DNA of 40,358 nt from a virus. Taxonomy: Duplodnaviria; Caudoviricetes. A program made the translations under genes and the position numbers. Below the pieces are notes generated by a model that saw only the letters and a program-made list of their open reading frames with translations, searched no databases and had not been told where the DNA came from. The DNA lies in IMG/VR virus record IMGVR_UViG_3300020181_000017, positions 1-40,358 of that record. The stretch is one strand, 5' to 3'. Below are positions 17,730 through 27,729 of this stretch, in pieces; the first letter of the stretch is position 1, and every line of letters begins with the position of its first letter.

Positions 17730-19271
17730 TTATCGGATGCTTATAATCTTTTTGCCAGAGAACATCCGCTTCGGCTGTTCGTAACCGGAGAGTTGGTACT
17801 TCCAGATCGAGAACGTCTCGTTGAGGCGCGCGTTGGATAGCCCGATGAGGAGCGCCTGCGGCTTCGCAAGGAACGACACGCGGCGCTTAACGAAGGGACT
17901 TACCGCCGTCTCGTCACCGAACGCCTCCGCCCATACACTCTCGCCCCACCCCACCTCACCAAGCGTACTCAGCTCGTCCTCAACCGCGTTGCCGACGAAG
18001 AACGCCTTCTCCTTGGTTGCTACGCCGTCGTTAGCCTCTGTGCGGATTACCCCTGTCACAACGCCCTGAACGTCTTTGAAAAGGAGATCCAGGTAGCGGT
18101 AGATGCGGAAGCGGTCGAACTCCTCGTCCTCAAGCCTCCTAAAGAGCACCGACGAGCTGATTGGGGTGCTGATGTCGTTGAGAGCATCGGTCCACTTGAT
18201 GCAGCCGAAGTTCCCCGAGGCTACGGTCGTGTAGATGACGTCATCAATGACCATGAAGTCGTTGATCTTGGCCTTGTCGCGGCCCGTGTACTTGGTCCAA
18301 GAGTTTGCATAGAGCGTGTGGCAGACGAACGTGGTGTCTGCGGTAGCGGATGTGAGCGGCACGGAGAGATAGAAGCGTCGGTTCTCGTAGAAGGCGGCGC
18401 ATTTATCGAAGTAGGCAAAGGGGATGAGCTGGAGGGTCTCTTTGATCGGCTCCGAGATGACGCTCCGGTTGATCCCGAACACGCCTATCTGGTTGTCCTG
18501 GAAGCCGATGGCACGCACCTCCCTGCCGGTGAAGAACCAGAGGTCGTTCTCCACCGCTGCCACTGCCTTGCGGGAGCAGGCCCCATAATCATCCGACTGG
18601 TTGGCGATCTTCGGAATGAAAGCTCCAAGCACCTGATCGTACTCGAACGTGAGCTTCCAGATGGATGCGGCTTTGAAGAGCAGGAGCGTGCCGTAGTAGT
18701 TTTTCATCGTCTTGGCGTGGTCGGTGCCAAGTGGCTTCACCACGCCCTCGACGGGGAAGGTGCTTGGGTCGGCTACCGCAGAGTAGTAGTACGAAAGCGG
18801 CTCCGCTGTGACGCCCGTGACGAACATGCGGTCTTCAAAGATCTCCAGCACGTTGCCTTTCGGTGCGCTGGCGTAGGTGGTGAAGGTCGTACCATCCCAC
18901 TTGAAATAGTCCTCGACGCCGTTACACCCCCAGAGGAAGTCGTCGTAGACGTAGAACCCGAACTCAGCTCCCGCTGTGAACGTCGGAGAGAGGTCGTCCC
19001 ACACGAGAGTGGTGTTGTTCCATACCTGGAGTTTCGTGCCCGTAGCGGAGAGGATGTAGCTCGTCCCACTCTTCTTCTTGTAGTGGAACAGGGAGTGCCG
19101 AAGCGAGGCATCCACAGCTCCAAAGAGCTCAAAACCCGTGTCCTTGGTGAGGTAGCCCTCGTCAACAAAGTTCATGTTCACAGGGACAGAGCGTCCTGCG
19201 TTGTCATCAACGTCGATAGCGTCTTGGAGGTTATCGAGCCGGAGGGTGAAACGGGTCTTGGTAAGCGGCAT
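17730..19271 (-). CDS. Tail nozzle / DNA stabilisation protein (P22 gp10 / T7 gp12-like)
   Basis: 513 aa beta-propeller-like pattern immediately after the adaptor. Confidence 0.65.
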   Translation of the reverse strand: MPLTKTRFTLRLDNLQDAIDVDDNAGRSVPVNMNFVDEGYLTKDTGFELFGAVDASLRHSLFHYKKKSGTSYILSATGTKLQVWNNTTLVWDDLSPTFTAGAEFGFYVYDDFLWGCNGVEDYFKWDGTTFTTYASAPKGNVLEIFEDRMFVTGVTAEPLSYYYSAVADPSTFPVEGVVKPLGTDHAKTMKNYYGTLLLFKAASIWKLTFEYDQVLGAFIPKIANQSDDYGACSRKAVAAVENDLWFFTGREVRAIGFQDNQIGVFGINRSVISEPIKETLQLIPFAYFDKCAAFYENRRFYLSVPLTSATADTTFVCHTLYANSWTKYTGRDKAKINDFMVIDDVIYTTVASGNFGCIKWTDALNDISTPISSSVLFRRLEDEEFDRFRIYRYLDLLFKDVQGVVTGVIRTEANDGVATKEKAFFVGNAVEDELSTLGEVGWGESVWAEAFGDETAVSPFVKRRVSFLAKPQALLIGLSNARLNETFSIWKYQLSGYEQPKRMFSGKKIISIR

Positions 19272-19273
19272 AG

Positions 19274-19900
19274 CTAGATGAGGAAGGTGCCGCTGCTGTC
19301 AGAGACAATCGGGATGCCATTGAACATCTGCCCGCCACGCTGATTGCTCTCCTCGTACATCGACTGGGCGTCACGCTTGAGAGAGAACTCGTCCTCGTAC
19401 TTCTGGCGGTAGTACTTCGAGAGCTCCTCGTCCTGGAGGTCCTCAAAGGCCCGGTAGAGGATGCCGTAGACGATCAACTCGTGGAAATACCCGTCGATGG
19501 TCGGGTTCTGCACGAGCGAGAGGTCCGCATACGTTGGGTAGTAGCGGATCGTGAGCGTCTTGCTTACCGCCGGGTACATGTAGATCGCACCGTTCTGGAC
19601 GGTGACCGCAGGGGCGTTGGTCCTCGCGAAGTCCGCGATGGAGAGCTCAGGATAGACGCTGTAGGCGTTCTCCAGGGCGTCCCCATACAAAGTGCCAAAG
19701 TCGGTAGGAAGCGTCCCTACGCCCGCTGTGAAGGCTACAGAGGCGCTCTTAACGGCGTTCTCGGGGTACACCCGCTTCGCCAGGTCGTCCTTAGCGAGGT
19801 TGGCGTAAATAAGGATCGTCTCGTCATCGACGATCTCGTCTGTCTCCTCCAGCATCTTCTTGCGTGCGAGGGTCAGTATTTGGGTGGTGGTAAGTGACAT
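19274..19900 (-). CDS. Head-tail adaptor protein
   Basis: LPTDF and FHELIVYG motifs; follows the capsid gene. Confidence 0.7.
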   Translation of the reverse strand: MSLTTTQILTLARKKMLEETDEIVDDETILIYANLAKDDLAKRVYPENAVKSASVAFTAGVGTLPTDFGTLYGDALENAYSVYPELSIADFARTNAPAVTVQNGAIYMYPAVSKTLTIRYYPTYADLSLVQNPTIDGYFHELIVYGILYRAFEDLQDEELSKYYRQKYEDEFSLKRDAQSMYEESNQRGGQMFNGIPIVSDSSGTFLI

Positions 19901-19961
19901 AGGTGGTGAGGGTTAAGTACCCTGTCCCGCCCGCCTCCGAGGAGACGAGCAGAGAGGATGC

Positions 19962-21056
19962 TTACGCGATAGTTCCGCGAAGCGTAGCTCCGCGACCGCG
20001 AGTGCCTTCAAAAACCTGGCGACCCCAAACCGCGAGACCCTTGCAGGTGTCCTCAAACGAGTTTGGATCAGCCTCCTGTGGAATGACCGAGGTCTTGAGG
20101 ATCTGGAGAGCGAAGGAACAGAAGTCCCTTGTTCCAGCCACAAACCAGTAGCCAGTCGTGTTGTTTCCGGCGATGAGCTCCGAGGTGTAAACCTTGAAGC
20201 CTGCGATCTTACCGATGTTGCCGTCCTTTACGACGTCTTCATAGGCAGACTGCACCGCTGGGATGAACTGAGGTGACTGGCGCAGGATACCCTCGAACGC
20301 TGCGTTGACCACGATGAAGCGGTCATTTCGGTTCGTGAGCGCCTGGCTAAGTACCGTCGAGAGCTGCACGAGGTAGCCGTAAACGTTCGAGCTTGTGAGC
20401 GCGATCGGTGTAGCTGCGTTGATCTCGTAAGCAGCGCCCGCTGAGATAGCACCACCTGAGTAGCCAACACCGTCGAGATCTGTGATGGTGATGCTGGTTG
20501 CCGAGGTGTAGGCCGTGACGAGGTAGCCAGTCGTGTGACCTGCTGCCTTGAAGTAGCCTCCCACCATCGTTGCGGTGAAGGTGGTGCCTGTGCCCGTGAC
20601 AACGCCCGTGGTGGCTGCTACAGCGACAGTGCCCGTGCTGTAGTCGGTACCAATAGCGTTCTCGAACTTCACGTTCTTACGCATGAAGTTGAGGAGGTCG
20701 GTGTCAACGACTTCCGACACGTCCATCTTCGTGTTAGCGGCGTACTCCGCAATAGCGTTGATGTCGTTCTGGATCTCATCGATCACATCGACACCGAACT
20801 TGAAGTAGTACTGCTGGTCGATCACGAGATCTTCGTACGTAGGATTGAGATCCTGACGGACGAGGGTCATTCCCTTCGTGTAGGGAGACAGAGCGATGCG
20901 CCCCATTGTTCGCACACGGACACGGTCGCCCGAGTCCTTAATCATTCCCTCGTACTTCGTATTCGTAATCCACCGATACAGAGTATCGTTGTAGAGAAGG
21001 TCTACGAGCTTGAGGCTATATTTTACCGGCGTGAGCGCGGCTAGTTGATTAGCCAT
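19962..21056 (-). CDS. Major capsid protein (P22 coat-like) with inserted beta-rich domain
   Basis: NTKYEGMIKDSGDRVRV, LVIDQQYYFKF, GNIGKIAGFKVYTS and KGLAVWG motifs. Confidence 0.85.
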   Translation of the reverse strand: MANQLAALTPVKYSLKLVDLLYNDTLYRWITNTKYEGMIKDSGDRVRVRTMGRIALSPYTKGMTLVRQDLNPTYEDLVIDQQYYFKFGVDVIDEIQNDINAIAEYAANTKMDVSEVVDTDLLNFMRKNVKFENAIGTDYSTGTVAVAATTGVVTGTGTTFTATMVGGYFKAAGHTTGYLVTAYTSATSITITDLDGVGYSGGAISAGAAYEINAATPIALTSSNVYGYLVQLSTVLSQALTNRNDRFIVVNAAFEGILRQSPQFIPAVQSAYEDVVKDGNIGKIAGFKVYTSELIAGNNTTGYWFVAGTRDFCSFALQILKTSVIPQEADPNSFEDTCKGLAVWGRQVFEGTRGRGATLRGTIA

Positions 21057-21094
21057 TATAAGCTAGTTAAGTAGATAACTAGCGAGGCGGAGCT

Positions 21095-21850
21095 TTACTC
21101 CTTGAGCTTACCGGCTTCGAGATCGGCGTGATACTCCTTAGAGAGAGCTGCGAATTTCGCAGGGTTCTCCTGCTGCAAACGCTGCCACTCTTCAAGAGTG
21201 CGAGAGGTAGTCACTTGTGACCCTTGGCCGCCGGAACTCCTCTCCAAATCGATCCTCTCTGCCTGCTCTCGCCCTTCCTTGGCTCCGAGGTCCTTAGCGT
21301 AGTCATAGAGATAAGCCTTACCCACATCCACAAGGATAGTTTCAATGTTATCCGGGACATTATCGGGGTTGTAGTACTTCTCCTTGAACTCCGCCTCACG
21401 GCCCTTCAATTCCGGAAGCTTGCCGGCCACTCGTTCGAGCGCCTCATTGAACTTCTTCTCGTTGTAGGTCCGCTTTGCGAATGCGATAGCAGGGTCCTTG
21501 TATAGGTCCTGCTTCGCCTCGTTGAGCATGGTGTTTTTGAACTGGAGGAGGTTTCGTTGTTCCTCCTCGCCCAGCTCTTCAAAGCCTGGAAAGAGCGTCT
21601 CGCTAGGGGTGCCTGGTTCAGGTGCGAGGCTGCGTAGTCGTTCGATTTCCGCGTCTTTCGCTGCATTTTCCGCGGCTAGGCGCTGCGCCTCGCGGGTTGA
21701 TGCACTGAACTTCTCTTTGTAGTCGATGACAGGTTCGGCTTCCTGCACCGCCCCATTTGAAGTTGGGTTCTCTACCGTTCCCTCTGCGAGCGGTTGACCG
21801 TTGGCAGTACCTGCGTGGTCAAATGCTTCTTCGACGGAGTTTGGTTCCAT
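21095..21850 (-). CDS. Capsid scaffolding protein
   Basis: Acidic and helical, DYKEKFSASTREAQRL; directly upstream of the capsid gene; start MEPNS. Confidence 0.7.
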   Translation of the reverse strand: MEPNSVEEAFDHAGTANGQPLAEGTVENPTSNGAVQEAEPVIDYKEKFSASTREAQRLAAENAAKDAEIERLRSLAPEPGTPSETLFPGFEELGEEEQRNLLQFKNTMLNEAKQDLYKDPAIAFAKRTYNEKKFNEALERVAGKLPELKGREAEFKEKYYNPDNVPDNIETILVDVGKAYLYDYAKDLGAKEGREQAERIDLERSSGGQGSQVTTSRTLEEWQRLQQENPAKFAALSKEYHADLEAGKLKE

Positions 21851-21947
21851 AGTGGATTGCGTCGCGTCCCTCTGTATCCTGTCTGTTGCTCTCTGATCTA
21901 AGAGCAATGACGGGGCGCGAGGGGTTTGCGAAAATTAGCGCCCGTTA

Positions 21948-22463
21948 TTATGCCTCCCGACCTACAACGACGACTGGCTGCGCTTTCTCGCGGGCCTTAG
22001 CGTCTCGTTCTGCGGTCTTCTTTGCTTCAGCGGCGGCCTGCGCCTCGTCCTTTTCGATACGAGCTGCGGCGTCTGAAAGCTCCTTAGCCTTAGCCTTGCG
22101 AGCCTTAGCCTCGGCCTCTGCGCGTTCGTCACGCTGTTCCGGGGTGAGATCCTGTCCAACACGCTTCAGCGCGAGGGATGCCTCGTTCTTGGCGTCGCTG
22201 ACCTCCTTCTCACGCTCCTGGATCGGACGGTTCTCGTTGATGATGCGCTCCTCGCGGGTGAGCGCGCGTCCTGCGTCCTCAGAGAGCACTTTCACAGGGT
22301 CTTCGCCTTTTAGGTAGATCGCCTTGTCTGTCTCGCTGAGGAACTCCTCACGAGCCTTGAGAAAAGCAAAGTCCTTCGGGGTTAGATCCTTGAAGTGCTT
22401 CTGCTTGATGACGTTGATGGCGTCCTCTACGCGGAGCCCGTCTACTTTTGCATCTGCATCCAT
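21948..22463 (-). CDS. Hypothetical protein (A/E/K-rich coiled coil)
   Basis: 171 aa in the head module. Confidence 0.7.
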   Translation of the reverse strand: MDADAKVDGLRVEDAINVIKQKHFKDLTPKDFAFLKAREEFLSETDKAIYLKGEDPVKVLSEDAGRALTREERIINENRPIQEREKEVSDAKNEASLALKRVGQDLTPEQRDERAEAEAKARKAKAKELSDAAARIEKDEAQAAAEAKKTAERDAKAREKAQPVVVVGREA

Positions 22464-22524
22464 GATTGGGTGTGCATTAGCCTGTTAATGTCGGACAGTT
22501 TAGCGACGTGTCCAGGTCGGGTAG

Positions 22525-22848
22525 CTACGGCAGCGTCTCTATTTGCCGTGCGATCGCGGCCTCGGTCGCAGCCTTCTCCAGGCGTGGACGGTCGAGGAAT
22601 GACCTGGCGGCGCGCAGGAACTCCAATTTCACCTTGAGGAAGGTGTCGTCTTTGGAGCCAAGGCGCTGCTCGGGGAGCTTGCGGATGGTGTCCTCCAGCT
22701 CGGCCTCGAAGAAGGCGGCCACATCCTCGTCAGTCAGCCGGCGGCCGGAAAGGGATGCCTCCCACTCCTTGAAGGTCTTCCGCTCCTCCTCGTTCAGGTC
22801 GAGGAAGCTCTTAACGCCCAGCTTCTTTAGGTACTGGTCGAGGATCAT
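22525..22848 (-). CDS. Hypothetical head-module protein
   Basis: ATGA overlap with the portal gene. Confidence 0.7.
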   Translation of the reverse strand: MILDQYLKKLGVKSFLDLNEEERKTFKEWEASLSGRRLTDEDVAAFFEAELEDTIRKLPEQRLGSKDDTFLKVKLEFLRAARSFLDRPRLEKAATEAAIARQIETLP

Positions 22849-24542
22849 AGTGGCTGTTCAAGGGTCTCTGGCTGGATCGGAGAGAGCGTGGGCTCTGCGG
22901 GCTCGCCTGTGGCCGGGTCCACCATGTTCTGAGGCTGTAGCTTCTGCTCCTCCGCCTGCATCACCTGGTCAATCTCCTCTTGCTTCCATCCGAGGAGCTC
23001 TAGCTTCTTCTTCTTGGCGATCATCATTGCCACTGGGTTATCAAGGAAGTCGTTCTTGATGTACTCGGCCTTCTGAAGGGCGAACTGGTCCTCAGCCTCC
23101 TTCTCCGCCTTGTACACAACCTTGCACTCGTAGCCCTTGGGGTTCTTCCAATCGCTCGGGAAGATGGTTTTGGCCCGATATTCACCGTCGTTGCCCTTCT
23201 TGTAGAGGGTCATCTGACCGTTGGAGTTGGCGTTGAGGATCTCGTAGAAGAGCGTACCTGCCTCCTTCCACGCACGGCGGTAGTTCTTGGCTGTTACCTC
23301 ATTGCGGCCGGATGACTGCTGGAGAGAGAGCTTCACCTCGCCAAGGGTCTGCTCGGTAGCACCCTCCACGCCGCGCTCCGTGGGGGTCTGAGCAACGGAC
23401 GACTGCACGAGCTCCTTGAGGAAGGCGATGGCCTGGGTGGTGTCCGCAAGCGGCTGGATGTCCATTTGCTTGATGATCTCGTCAGGCTTGCCGGGGACGC
23501 CGTACATGCCGAAGGGCTTAGGGTCGAACGCCCTTGGATTGAACTCGCCGTTCTTAGTGTCGAAGAAATACATACCAAAGTTGCGGTATGCACGGTTTTC
23601 AAGGTCCTGTGAGAAGTAGGTGTTCACCACCTTGTTGATAGTGCGGACGCTATCGCCCTTCCCGTCGCACCAGATGTCATTCAAATCGGGATCGTCAGCC
23701 CAGCTAATGATGGGTAGTAGGTTGATGCCGATAGCCTCAGAAAGGGGCTTCTTGTAGAGCACTGCCTTGTCCATGGCGGTAATCACCAGATGGCGTACAA
23801 ACTGGCCCTTCTCCTGGCTCCAGAGCATCTTGTAGCTCTCGTTGAGCTCCACGAGCACGTCTGACGCGCCGTATTCGTCGAAGTTGAAGGCTCCTAGGGT
23901 GCGTAGGCGCTCCTGTCGGCGTGTGTACTCGTCGTTCGTCTCCGCTGCCTTGAGGATGCCGTGGCGGCTATCAAGGTAGTCCTTGAGCTGCGCCTTGCCT
24001 GAGGCGAGGTACTTAGGGTTAGCGAGGATGTCGCGTAGCGGTTTAAAGATGTTCTTTTGAACGATGTAGTTCGCGGTGGATAGGTCCAGCGGGTTTACGA
24101 GTGGATCTATGTCTATGTCGTACGGGTCAATGATGTCTATGAAGGGGAAGTTGTCCTTCTGTGACCATCCGAGCTTCTTGAAGCTTCGGCCCTGCAAGCC
24201 AACAATCTTCTTGTCGAGGTTATCCAGGAGGTCGAGCTTGCGGTAGTCAAAGAAGTAGTTCCACAGCTCATTGATGATGATTTCACCGTCTACCGAGCGA
24301 TTGTCGCGCGTGCGACTTTCAAAGGTGAGCATCGGTGGCTCGTCGATCTTGCTGATCCACGTCTGCACCGTCTCGCGGAGAATGGGGATGTTGACCGGCT
24401 GGCGCTGGGTGAGCCTGTTGGTGAGGATCTTGTCCCGATACAGGTAGTAGTTCTCATTCCACTGTCCAAAGCGCCTCTCCTTGAACTCGGTGGAAGCGGT
24501 CTTGTCCTTCACATGTTGGGCTAGGAGATCCTCGTCTTTCAT
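22845..24542 (-). CDS. Portal protein (P22/podovirus type)
   Basis: 565 aa between TerL and scaffold; IDPYDIDIDP and TLGEV motifs, helical C-terminus. Confidence 0.8.
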   Translation of the reverse strand: MKDEDLLAQHVKDKTASTEFKERRFGQWNENYYLYRDKILTNRLTQRQPVNIPILRETVQTWISKIDEPPMLTFESRTRDNRSVDGEIIINELWNYFFDYRKLDLLDNLDKKIVGLQGRSFKKLGWSQKDNFPFIDIIDPYDIDIDPLVNPLDLSTANYIVQKNIFKPLRDILANPKYLASGKAQLKDYLDSRHGILKAAETNDEYTRRQERLRTLGAFNFDEYGASDVLVELNESYKMLWSQEKGQFVRHLVITAMDKAVLYKKPLSEAIGINLLPIISWADDPDLNDIWCDGKGDSVRTINKVVNTYFSQDLENRAYRNFGMYFFDTKNGEFNPRAFDPKPFGMYGVPGKPDEIIKQMDIQPLADTTQAIAFLKELVQSSVAQTPTERGVEGATEQTLGEVKLSLQQSSGRNEVTAKNYRRAWKEAGTLFYEILNANSNGQMTLYKKGNDGEYRAKTIFPSDWKNPKGYECKVVYKAEKEAEDQFALQKAEYIKNDFLDNPVAMMIAKKKKLELLGWKQEEIDQVMQAEEQKLQPQNMVDPATGEPAEPTLSPIQPETLEQPL

Positions 24543-24617
24543 AGAAAATGGCCGGGCACCCTCCTAATGAGAGTGCTCGGCCTTGTGTTAAGGGTAGCGA
24601 GCTTAGTTTATGACGAA

Positions 24618-24658
24618 ACTATACCACGCTTAGTACGCGTGTTCCGTCTAGGGGATAA
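24618..24658 (-). promoter_or_regulatory. Extended -10 promoter for the portal operon with DnaA-box-like site
   Basis: TTATCCCCT-23nt-TGGTATAGT; a GGCCGAGCAC/GTGCCCGGCC hairpin ends 7 nt before the portal ATG. Confidence 0.5.
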
Positions 24659-24732
24659 CTTGTATCGTGTCGCCCTCGCAATCGGGGTATTCGGTAACGC
24701 CGTTCAGAAGGGCAAAGAACCAATCCCAGTCT

Positions 24733-24915
24733 TCATCCATCATGGCGTTTGGAGTAGAGGTAATCCTTCCGCTCTATCGTCTGTAGCACCCCGTCCTTGT
24801 CGAAGTTGAGGGTGACGGAGCCGTTCTTGGTTTCGAATACGCCTCGCTCTACCATTAGACGAAGGGTCGCTGCTTTCCGCGCCATAAAGTCATCAAAGAT
24901 TGCGGCGGCATCCAT
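24733..24915 (-). CDS. Small hypothetical protein (60 aa)
   Basis: MDAAAIF..GVFETKNGSVTLNFDKDG; starts 2 nt after the TerL stop. Confidence 0.6.
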   Translation of the reverse strand: MDAAAIFDDFMARKAATLRLMVERGVFETKNGSVTLNFDKDGVLQTIERKDYLYSKRHDG

Positions 24916-24917
24916 AC

Positions 24918-26213
24918 TCAAATAATACCAAGCTCCGGGTACAAGCTCTCCACTCCACCGGTCTGATAGTCGGCTGTCATACGGTTCTGGCGCATCGGCC
25001 TGGCCGGGAGCTCCCACACCGCCAGTGCTGCCGCGAACACCGTGTCGTCGTGCAGGCCATCCGGCACTTTGATCTTCAGCTTCCCGTTCTCCGAGAGCTC
25101 GTACTGGAAATAGGAGAGCTCAGCCTTGAAGACCGGATCGTTCAGGAACCGCACGCGGTCGGTCTGGAGCACCATTGAGAGGTTGGTGAGAGCGTCGGTC
25201 CTGGTCCCCTCTGTGAACTTGTAGGGCTCCAGCATCACGCCCCGGCTCCTGAGATCCTCCACGATCGGGTCTCCCACGCCCGTTGCGTCGATAAAGCCCC
25301 TCGGCTTGCCGTAGCGCAGATAGACGGCCTCAATGCGGGCCTTCTGGAGGTTCCAGTCGATCTGGTTGAAGCGCTCCTTGTACACCTCCTCAAAGGTGTT
25401 CAGGTCGATGACAGAGATGGTGGTGAAGTCCTGGTACTTCGCTAGGTCCACGCCCATTTGGTAGAAGTGGGCTGGGTTTGGGGCCTGCTCGTAGAGCACA
25501 CACGCATCCTCGATGCGCTTGAAGAAGGATGTGGCGCTCTCAATGAACTTGCAGAAGTACTCCTGATCGATCATCGCCTCGGGCATTCCCTCAGCGCGCT
25601 CGCGATCGATGTCCTCTGCGGTTAGAACCCCCGTGTCATCCACGGTGAGCACCTGGGTGAACCACTCGGGGTTGCCCTTGGCGAGCTCCAGCATCTTGAA
25701 GGCGTGGTTCTGACCGCGCGGCGTGAAATTGAAGATCGCCCAGCCGCCATTGATCGTGAGGATCGGGCGTATGAAGTTCCACACCTCCGGCTTGTTGACG
25801 GAGTACTCGGACATGACGATGCCGACCGGGTTCGTACCCACGCCAGACTTCTCGAAGTTGTCCGCACCTATGAGCTGGATGATGGAGCCGTTGACCAGTT
25901 CGGCCTTGAGCTCGGTGTCGTTGGGCTTCTTCTTGAGAAGCTCGGCCGGGATGTGGTCGAGCATCCTGAAGCCGTCGTTGTCGATGTTCTCCCAGATAAC
26001 CTTCTTGGCCTGGGAGTACTCCGGCAGGAAATAGAAGTACGTACCTACACGCTCGCAGGCTTTCTTTATCATGTAGTTGAAGCACACCTTGTCCTTACCG
26101 GACCGGCGATGCCACACGATGACAGCGCGCTTTATGCCGCTATCAAGCGCTCTCAGTAGGGGTAGCTGGTAGCTCCTCGGTTGAAATCGATGGGGTATTT
26201 GTATTGTCGGCAT
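24918..26213 (-). CDS. terL: Terminase large subunit
   Basis: Walker A WHRRSGKD, Walker B IVMSE, coupling motif FTPRG, nuclease motifs GVDLA..D, IDATGVG and HDD. Confidence 0.95.
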   Translation of the reverse strand: MPTIQIPHRFQPRSYQLPLLRALDSGIKRAVIVWHRRSGKDKVCFNYMIKKACERVGTYFYFLPEYSQAKKVIWENIDNDGFRMLDHIPAELLKKKPNDTELKAELVNGSIIQLIGADNFEKSGVGTNPVGIVMSEYSVNKPEVWNFIRPILTINGGWAIFNFTPRGQNHAFKMLELAKGNPEWFTQVLTVDDTGVLTAEDIDRERAEGMPEAMIDQEYFCKFIESATSFFKRIEDACVLYEQAPNPAHFYQMGVDLAKYQDFTTISVIDLNTFEEVYKERFNQIDWNLQKARIEAVYLRYGKPRGFIDATGVGDPIVEDLRSRGVMLEPYKFTEGTRTDALTNLSMVLQTDRVRFLNDPVFKAELSYFQYELSENGKLKIKVPDGLHDDTVFAAALAVWELPARPMRQNRMTADYQTGGVESLYPELGII

Positions 26214-26508
26214 AAGAGACGACGGCGAAAGTGAGAGGCTTGCCGTCTGTAGTCACGTCCACGTTGGACTTCGCACCGCCCTCGGCCATTTCCCAGATGA
26301 CCTTCTTATCGATGCCTTCGAGGAACTTCTGACGCTGCTCCTCGTCCATCGAGGCGAGCATCTCCTTTGCGTACTCCTTGAGGCTCTTGCCTGGTGGTCG
26401 GCCGGATGGGTTGCCCGACTGCCCCGGCTTGAACTGCCAGGGCTTCAGATGCTCCGTTGAACTGTTCCTGGCCTGATCTCCAGTCCCCTCCTCTAGATTA
26501 GCTGTCAT
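26143..26508 (-). CDS. Terminase small subunit-like protein (DUF5681-type N-terminus)
   Basis: WQFKPGQSGNPSGRP and VDVTTDGKPL; immediately upstream of TerL (71-nt overlap). Confidence 0.75.
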   Translation of the reverse strand: MTANLEEGTGDQARNSSTEHLKPWQFKPGQSGNPSGRPPGKSLKEYAKEMLASMDEEQRQKFLEGIDKKVIWEMAEGGAKSNVDVTTDGKPLTFAVVSYADNTNTPSISTEELPATPTESA

Positions 26509-26689
26509 GTAGTTCGGTAGTGCAGATTATATCCCAGCTTGTGAGAATAAGCGCGAACCAGCTCAACGATAGAACAGCTACCGGCTCGTCGGTGAGTACG
26601 AAAGGGGAGACGAAGAGACCTATCCAGGAGCCCACAAAGAGGGTCCAGGCGAGGCGCACCCTGAACTTGGTACTCTTGAGCCACTTCAT
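26498..26689 (-). CDS. Small two-TM membrane protein
   Basis: Two hydrophobic helices; TAATG coupling to the upstream gene. Confidence 0.6.
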   Translation of the reverse strand: MKWLKSTKFRVRLAWTLFVGSWIGLFVSPFVLTDEPVAVLSLSWFALILTSWDIICTTELHDS

Positions 26690-27021
26690 TACGGCCTCCA
26701 CCCGCCCTCGATCTGCTTCCTGAGCTTCTGCTTGCGGGGAGTGTTCTGTGAGGCTGCGAACGCTTGGTCGTAGTCCTTCTTTGCCTTTCGGACTGGAGCC
26801 GCGAGATCCTTGACCGTGGCCTTGGCCTTCTTCACGAGGTCGCTTTTGGTAGGGATCTGCACAGCGCCGAGACCTCCGAGCTTTACTTCAGTACGGGTCT
26901 GACCGTCGCGCCCACGGATAGGCTCAGTGCCGATAGTGCCTTTCTTGTTTAATCGTACGTCTCCCGCGCCTTTAAGGATGTTGCTGGTACGGGTCTGGAG
27001 CCACTTCTGCGTCTTGTTCAT
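26689..27021 (-). CDS. Basic hypothetical protein
   Basis: 110 aa, coupled on both sides. Confidence 0.65.
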   Translation of the reverse strand: MNKTQKWLQTRTSNILKGAGDVRLNKKGTIGTEPIRGRDGQTRTEVKLGGLGAVQIPTKSDLVKKAKATVKDLAAPVRKAKKDYDQAFAASQNTPRKQKLRKQIEGGWRP

Positions 27022-27302
27022 TTCTTTCGGCGCGTAGCGCGGTTAGCGATGTCTATTTCGCCCGTGGTAATGGACTTATCCTCCTTGTTCTTCTTGCGTA
27101 GCGCGAGAGCGGAGGTGATGAGCCCTTCTACGATCTTATCAAGCCCCGCGACCTCCTTGGCTGTCGTGACGAAGTTCAGTCTCTCCTTTTTCGGCTTACC
27201 CTTGGCGTCGGGCAGCGTTATCGCCAGGGTACCAAAGACGGCCTTGAAGGTGGCGAGCGTCTCCTTGTCCTGGACCTCCTGAATAGTGAGTGTGAGTTTC
27301 AT
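27018..27302 (-). CDS. Hypothetical protein
   Basis: 94 aa, ATGA overlaps. Confidence 0.65.
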   Translation of the reverse strand: MKLTLTIQEVQDKETLATFKAVFGTLAITLPDAKGKPKKERLNFVTTAKEVAGLDKIVEGLITSALALRKKNKEDKSITTGEIDIANRATRRKK

Positions 27303-27496
27303 TGGTTGTTCCTTATGCTACCACGCTTGGGTATCCTCGCCTGCGCGTTGTTCACCTTTATCCGCCACGCCCAGTCGATGTGCGTCTCGCAGTAGTCGAA
27401 GCCATCTGCGCCGCTATACACCGGCCCTTGGCCTGCGAAGCCAATGAGCTTACCGCACTCATGGCACTTAGCGGGTGGATAGATGCGGAAGGTCAC
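27299..27496 (-). CDS. Small Zn-binding hypothetical protein, leaderless
   Basis: CHECG..YCETH; GTG start 6 nt after TGCTACGCT. Confidence 0.6.
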   Translation of the reverse strand: MTFRIYPPAKCHECGKLIGFAGQGPVYSGADGFDYCETHIDWAWRIKVNNAQARIPKRGSIRNNQ

Positions 27497-27550
27497 ACTT
27501 AGAGCGTAGCACCACGTCTCGTGTTTTCCGTGCGCGGGTGTGTATTACTT

Positions 27551-27727
27551 CTACGACTTGGGCTTGTAGAGCGTGACCGTGTACCGGCTATTCACCTTCG
27601 CCTTGTTCAGAGCCTTAAGGTGCATGAGGTGATCTACCCAGTCTCTGAACCCCTGTAGCTCTTGTGCGTCCATCTTATCGAAATCGTAAAGGTAGAGACG
27701 AGCACGGATTGTTTTTGGATTTGCCAT
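27551..27727 (-). CDS. Small hypothetical protein (58 aa, MANPKTIRAR...)
   Basis: Hand-translated, 2 nt from the upstream stop. Confidence 0.55.
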   Translation of the reverse strand: MANPKTIRARLYLYDFDKMDAQELQGFRDWVDHLMHLKALNKAKVNSRYTVTLYKPKS

Positions 27728-27729
27728 AG

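Noticed and set aside
11230-26159. Many long plus-strand ORFs (e.g. 12828-13418, 18318-19277, 22508-23059)
   Set aside because: Antisense shadows of well-supported minus-strand structural genes in GC-rich DNA.
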